A DNA stretch of 64,000 bases from an uncultured Pseudothermotoga sp. (GTDB lineage Bacteria > Thermotogota > Thermotogae > Thermotogales > DSM-5069). Position 1 is the stretch's first letter, and each line of letters begins with the position of its first letter. This document shows positions 61,516 to 64,000 of the stretch, piece after piece. The DNA lies in contig CALKJI010000003.1 in NCBI GenBank assembly GCA_937995655.1, positions 41,337-105,336 of the forward strand, written 5' to 3'. The notes beneath the pieces were generated by a model. It searched no databases. It was not told where the DNA came from and was given only the letters and a program-made list of their open reading frames with translations. A program made the translations under genes and the position numbers.

Positions 61516-63033
61516 ATGGCCAGTCTTCAGTACCTACTAAAGGCCATCCCACAGATTCTATCAGCAAAGATCTTCTTTCTAATGATCGGCGGCGTTGGTG
61601 TAGGTTTGGTGATAGGTGCACTTCCAGGTATGAGTGCCACGATGGGGGTTGCCTTGTTTTTACCTCTGACCTACTGGATGACACCCGCCGAAAGCTTGGT
61701 CTTTCTGGGTTCACTCTATATGGCTGCCATATTTGGCGGAAGTTTCTCGGCTATATTACTGAGAACCCCTGGCACACCTTCAAACATTGGAACTACCTTT
61801 GATGGCTATCCCATGGCAAAACAAGGAAAAGGTTGGGAAGCAATCTTGATAGCTACTTACTCATCCTTGTACGGAGGACTATTTGGTATGATTTGTTTTT
61901 TGATCTTTGCTCCCATGCTTGCACGAATAGCTCTGAGATTCGGCCCACCTGAATATTTTTGGCTTGGTATCTTTGGACTGACGGTCATATCCTCACTGTC
62001 TCGGGGGAATACCTTAAAGGGTTTTATCGGTGGCTTCATCGGTATGATGATCAGCTTTGTTGGTGTAGCTCCCATAGGAGGAAACGTTAGGTTCACCTTT
62101 GGTTCTGCTCATCTAATATCGGGCTTTGGTCTGATACCTGCACTTGTAGGGCTTTTTTGTATACCTGAAGTGATCAACATGATAGTTCAAAGGGGGCAAA
62201 AACAACTCTTCTTGGAAGCGAAGGTAGAAAAGGGGACTATGCTGAGAACCTTCGTCGAAGTTATGAAGAGGCAAATCGATTTACTGAGGGCATCGGTCAT
62301 CGGTTTTATAATAGGTGTTTTGCCAGGTGCTGGAGGAAACATCGCCAATTTAGTCTCTTACAGTGAAGCAATGAGGGCATCAAAGCATCCTGAAAAATTC
62401 GGTACTGGTATACCGGAAGGTGTGATAGCTACGGAAGCTTCAAACAATGCGACGGTGGGCGGAGGATTCGTACCTCTGATGACCCTTGGGGTTCCTGGAA
62501 CGCCTGTCGATGCAATCTTGTACGGTGCTCTATTGATACAAGGCCTCAGACCTGGTGCGGAACTTTTCACAACACGCGCCGATGTCGTCTATACCTTCAT
62601 AGTAGGTGTTATAGCCGCAACCCTGGTCATGGTACCGCTTGGACTCCTCTTTGGTAGGGGAATGACAAAGATCGTTTACAAGATACCGATACACGTACTG
62701 GTTCCCGTGATATTGCTTCTGACCATGATAGGTTCTTATTGTGTGCAGAACAACATCAGTGATGTCTACACGATGCTCATTCTAGGTGTACTCGGCTATG
62801 TTTTGAGAAGATTTGGTTTTGAAGCAGGGCCCATAACACTTGGGTTGATATTAGGCCCAATCGCTGAAACTGGTTTCACCCAAGCTTTGTTAATGGGAAG
62901 AAGACTGGACTATCCCTGGGCGATATTCTTCATAAGACCGATTTCATGGGTACTGATTGCTTTGTCTGTGCTATTCCTGCTATGGCCCCTCATCAGAAGA
63001 CAAAGCCCATCGGTGGGAGTTGATAGAAAATGA
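61516..63033 (+). CDS. tctA: Tripartite tricarboxylate transporter large permease
   Basis: GALPGMSATM, LRTPGTP, FDGYPMA, FGPPEYF, LPGAGG, EASNNA, LMTLGVPG, GLILGP. Confidence 0.95.
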   Translation: MASLQYLLKAIPQILSAKIFFLMIGGVGVGLVIGALPGMSATMGVALFLPLTYWMTPAESLVFLGSLYMAAIFGGSFSAILLRTPGTPSNIGTTFDGYPMAKQGKGWEAILIATYSSLYGGLFGMICFLIFAPMLARIALRFGPPEYFWLGIFGLTVISSLSRGNTLKGFIGGFIGMMISFVGVAPIGGNVRFTFGSAHLISGFGLIPALVGLFCIPEVINMIVQRGQKQLFLEAKVEKGTMLRTFVEVMKRQIDLLRASVIGFIIGVLPGAGGNIANLVSYSEAMRASKHPEKFGTGIPEGVIATEASNNATVGGGFVPLMTLGVPGTPVDAILYGALLIQGLRPGAELFTTRADVVYTFIVGVIAATLVMVPLGLLFGRGMTKIVYKIPIHVLVPVILLLTMIGSYCVQNNISDVYTMLILGVLGYVLRRFGFEAGPITLGLILGPIAETGFTQALLMGRRLDYPWAIFFIRPISWVLIALSVLFLLWPLIRRQSPSVGVDRK

Positions 63034-63476
63034 TATCGAACACGATAGTGAACACCATCTTCATCTTACTGGCTTCAGTATTTCTTTATCAAACCAAAGA
63101 CTTAAACTATCTATCGGCGATCTTTCCCCAAATAATTTCGGTGGTGGTCATTTCTCTTTGTACCATATCGATTGTGACGTCAGCCAGGAAAAAGGAAGAA
63201 CAATCTGCAGTAAAGATAAAAAGAGAGGATCTCTTGTACATAATCATCATTATAGTCCTATCATTCCTCTGGGTCTATCTGATGGATTGGGTCTTTGGTT
63301 TCGCTGTGGGAAGTATAATCTTCATGACGATCATATCTTTGATCGTCGGTGGAAAAAACTTGAAATTCAAGCAACTGGTGGGCAATATAATAACTTTTTC
63401 CATCATAACAATTGCCTTTTGGTACCTACTTGCAAAACTTTTAATCGTTCCACTTCCAAGAGGCTTACTCTTCTAA
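63030..63476 (+). CDS. tctB: Tripartite tricarboxylate transporter small permease
   Basis: Four TMs; FP motif; C-terminal VPLPRG. Confidence 0.85.
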   Translation: MISNTIVNTIFILLASVFLYQTKDLNYLSAIFPQIISVVVISLCTISIVTSARKKEEQSAVKIKREDLLYIIIIIVLSFLWVYLMDWVFGFAVGSIIFMTIISLIVGGKNLKFKQLVGNIITFSIITIAFWYLLAKLLIVPLPRGLLF

Positions 63477-63498
63477 CTTCACATAGGAGGTATGGCGA

Positions 63499-64000
63499 AT
63501 GCAAGGAAGGGACATCGATAGTTTGTTAAAGAAAGCTCAAAAGCCTTCGGAGGATGCGATGATACTACATCCCTTTTACAAAGGAAAGATCCAGACGGCG
63601 CCAAAGGTACCAGTTCGAAGCTTTGACGACTTTGCTATCTGGTACACACCGGGTGTGGCAAAGGTCTGTCAAGAGATAGCCAAAGACAGAGAAAAGGTTT
63701 ACGAGTACACAAACAAAGAAAACACTATAGCCATCATAAGTGATGGGACAAGAATCCTTGGCCTTGGAGATATTGGTCCAGAGGCAGGGTTACCTGTCAT
63801 GGAAGGGAAGGCTTTACTCTTCAAGTACCTTGGCGGTGTAGATGCAATACCTTTGTGTATTGGAACAACAGAGATAGAAGAAACGGTACAATTTTGTAAA
63901 TGGCTTTCACCTTCGATCGCTGGAATCAACTTGGAAGATGTTGAAAAACCAAAATGTTTCGCACTTTTGAAAAGACTTCAAGAAGAGTTATCCATACCCG
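63499..64000 (+). CDS. NAD(P)-dependent malic enzyme, 3'-truncated by window
   Basis: Read manually, open to the window end: YKGKI, WYTPGVA, SDGTRILGLGDIG, PVMEGKALLFK, GINLEDV; GGAGG SD. Confidence 0.93.
   Translation, partial: MQGRDIDSLLKKAQKPSEDAMILHPFYKGKIQTAPKVPVRSFDDFAIWYTPGVAKVCQEIAKDREKVYEYTNKENTIAIISDGTRILGLGDIGPEAGLPVMEGKALLFKYLGGVDAIPLCIGTTEIEETVQFCKWLSPSIAGINLEDVEKPKCFALLKRLQEELSIP

Noticed and set aside
63499-64000. Malic enzyme as pseudogene because it is missing from the ORF track
   Set aside because: The frame is uninterrupted; it simply has no stop codon inside the window.

Overview
Core chromosomal region of a Thermotogae bacterium, probably Pseudothermotoga/Thermotoga-like. 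The assignment is inferred from the hydS-phosphatase-hydCBA-rex cluster, the maltosyltransferase, spoVS and tRNA-Arg(UCG). The window holds about 45 protein genes and 7 tRNAs. I found no CRISPR array, rRNA, transposase or integrase. Known systems: a sensory plus electron-bifurcating [FeFe]-hydrogenase operon with Rex, three diguanylate cyclases, nucleotide-sugar enzymes, ahcY, deoB, lnt, arcC, rpsF-ssb-rpsR with its S6:S18 leader RNA, and tctCAB plus malic enzyme. Most unusual observations: (1) a coupled gene pair that looks like a catalytically dead Mre11/YhaO-like protein plus a membrane-anchored Rad50/YhaN-like ATPase with degenerate motifs; (2) two more apparent pseudoenzymes nearby, a site-2 protease with RExxK instead of HExxH and a fumarase beta subunit lacking its motifs; (3) a caspase/legumain-like lipoprotein whose His and Cys lie in different frames across a T6 run; (4) two coupled lipoproteins with about 5 and about 16 Ig-like repeats; (5) a secreted VWA protein with a long helical tail; (6) a non-canonical Ddl-like ligase with a possible ACG start. 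All family calls come from motif recognition by eye; no database search was run.
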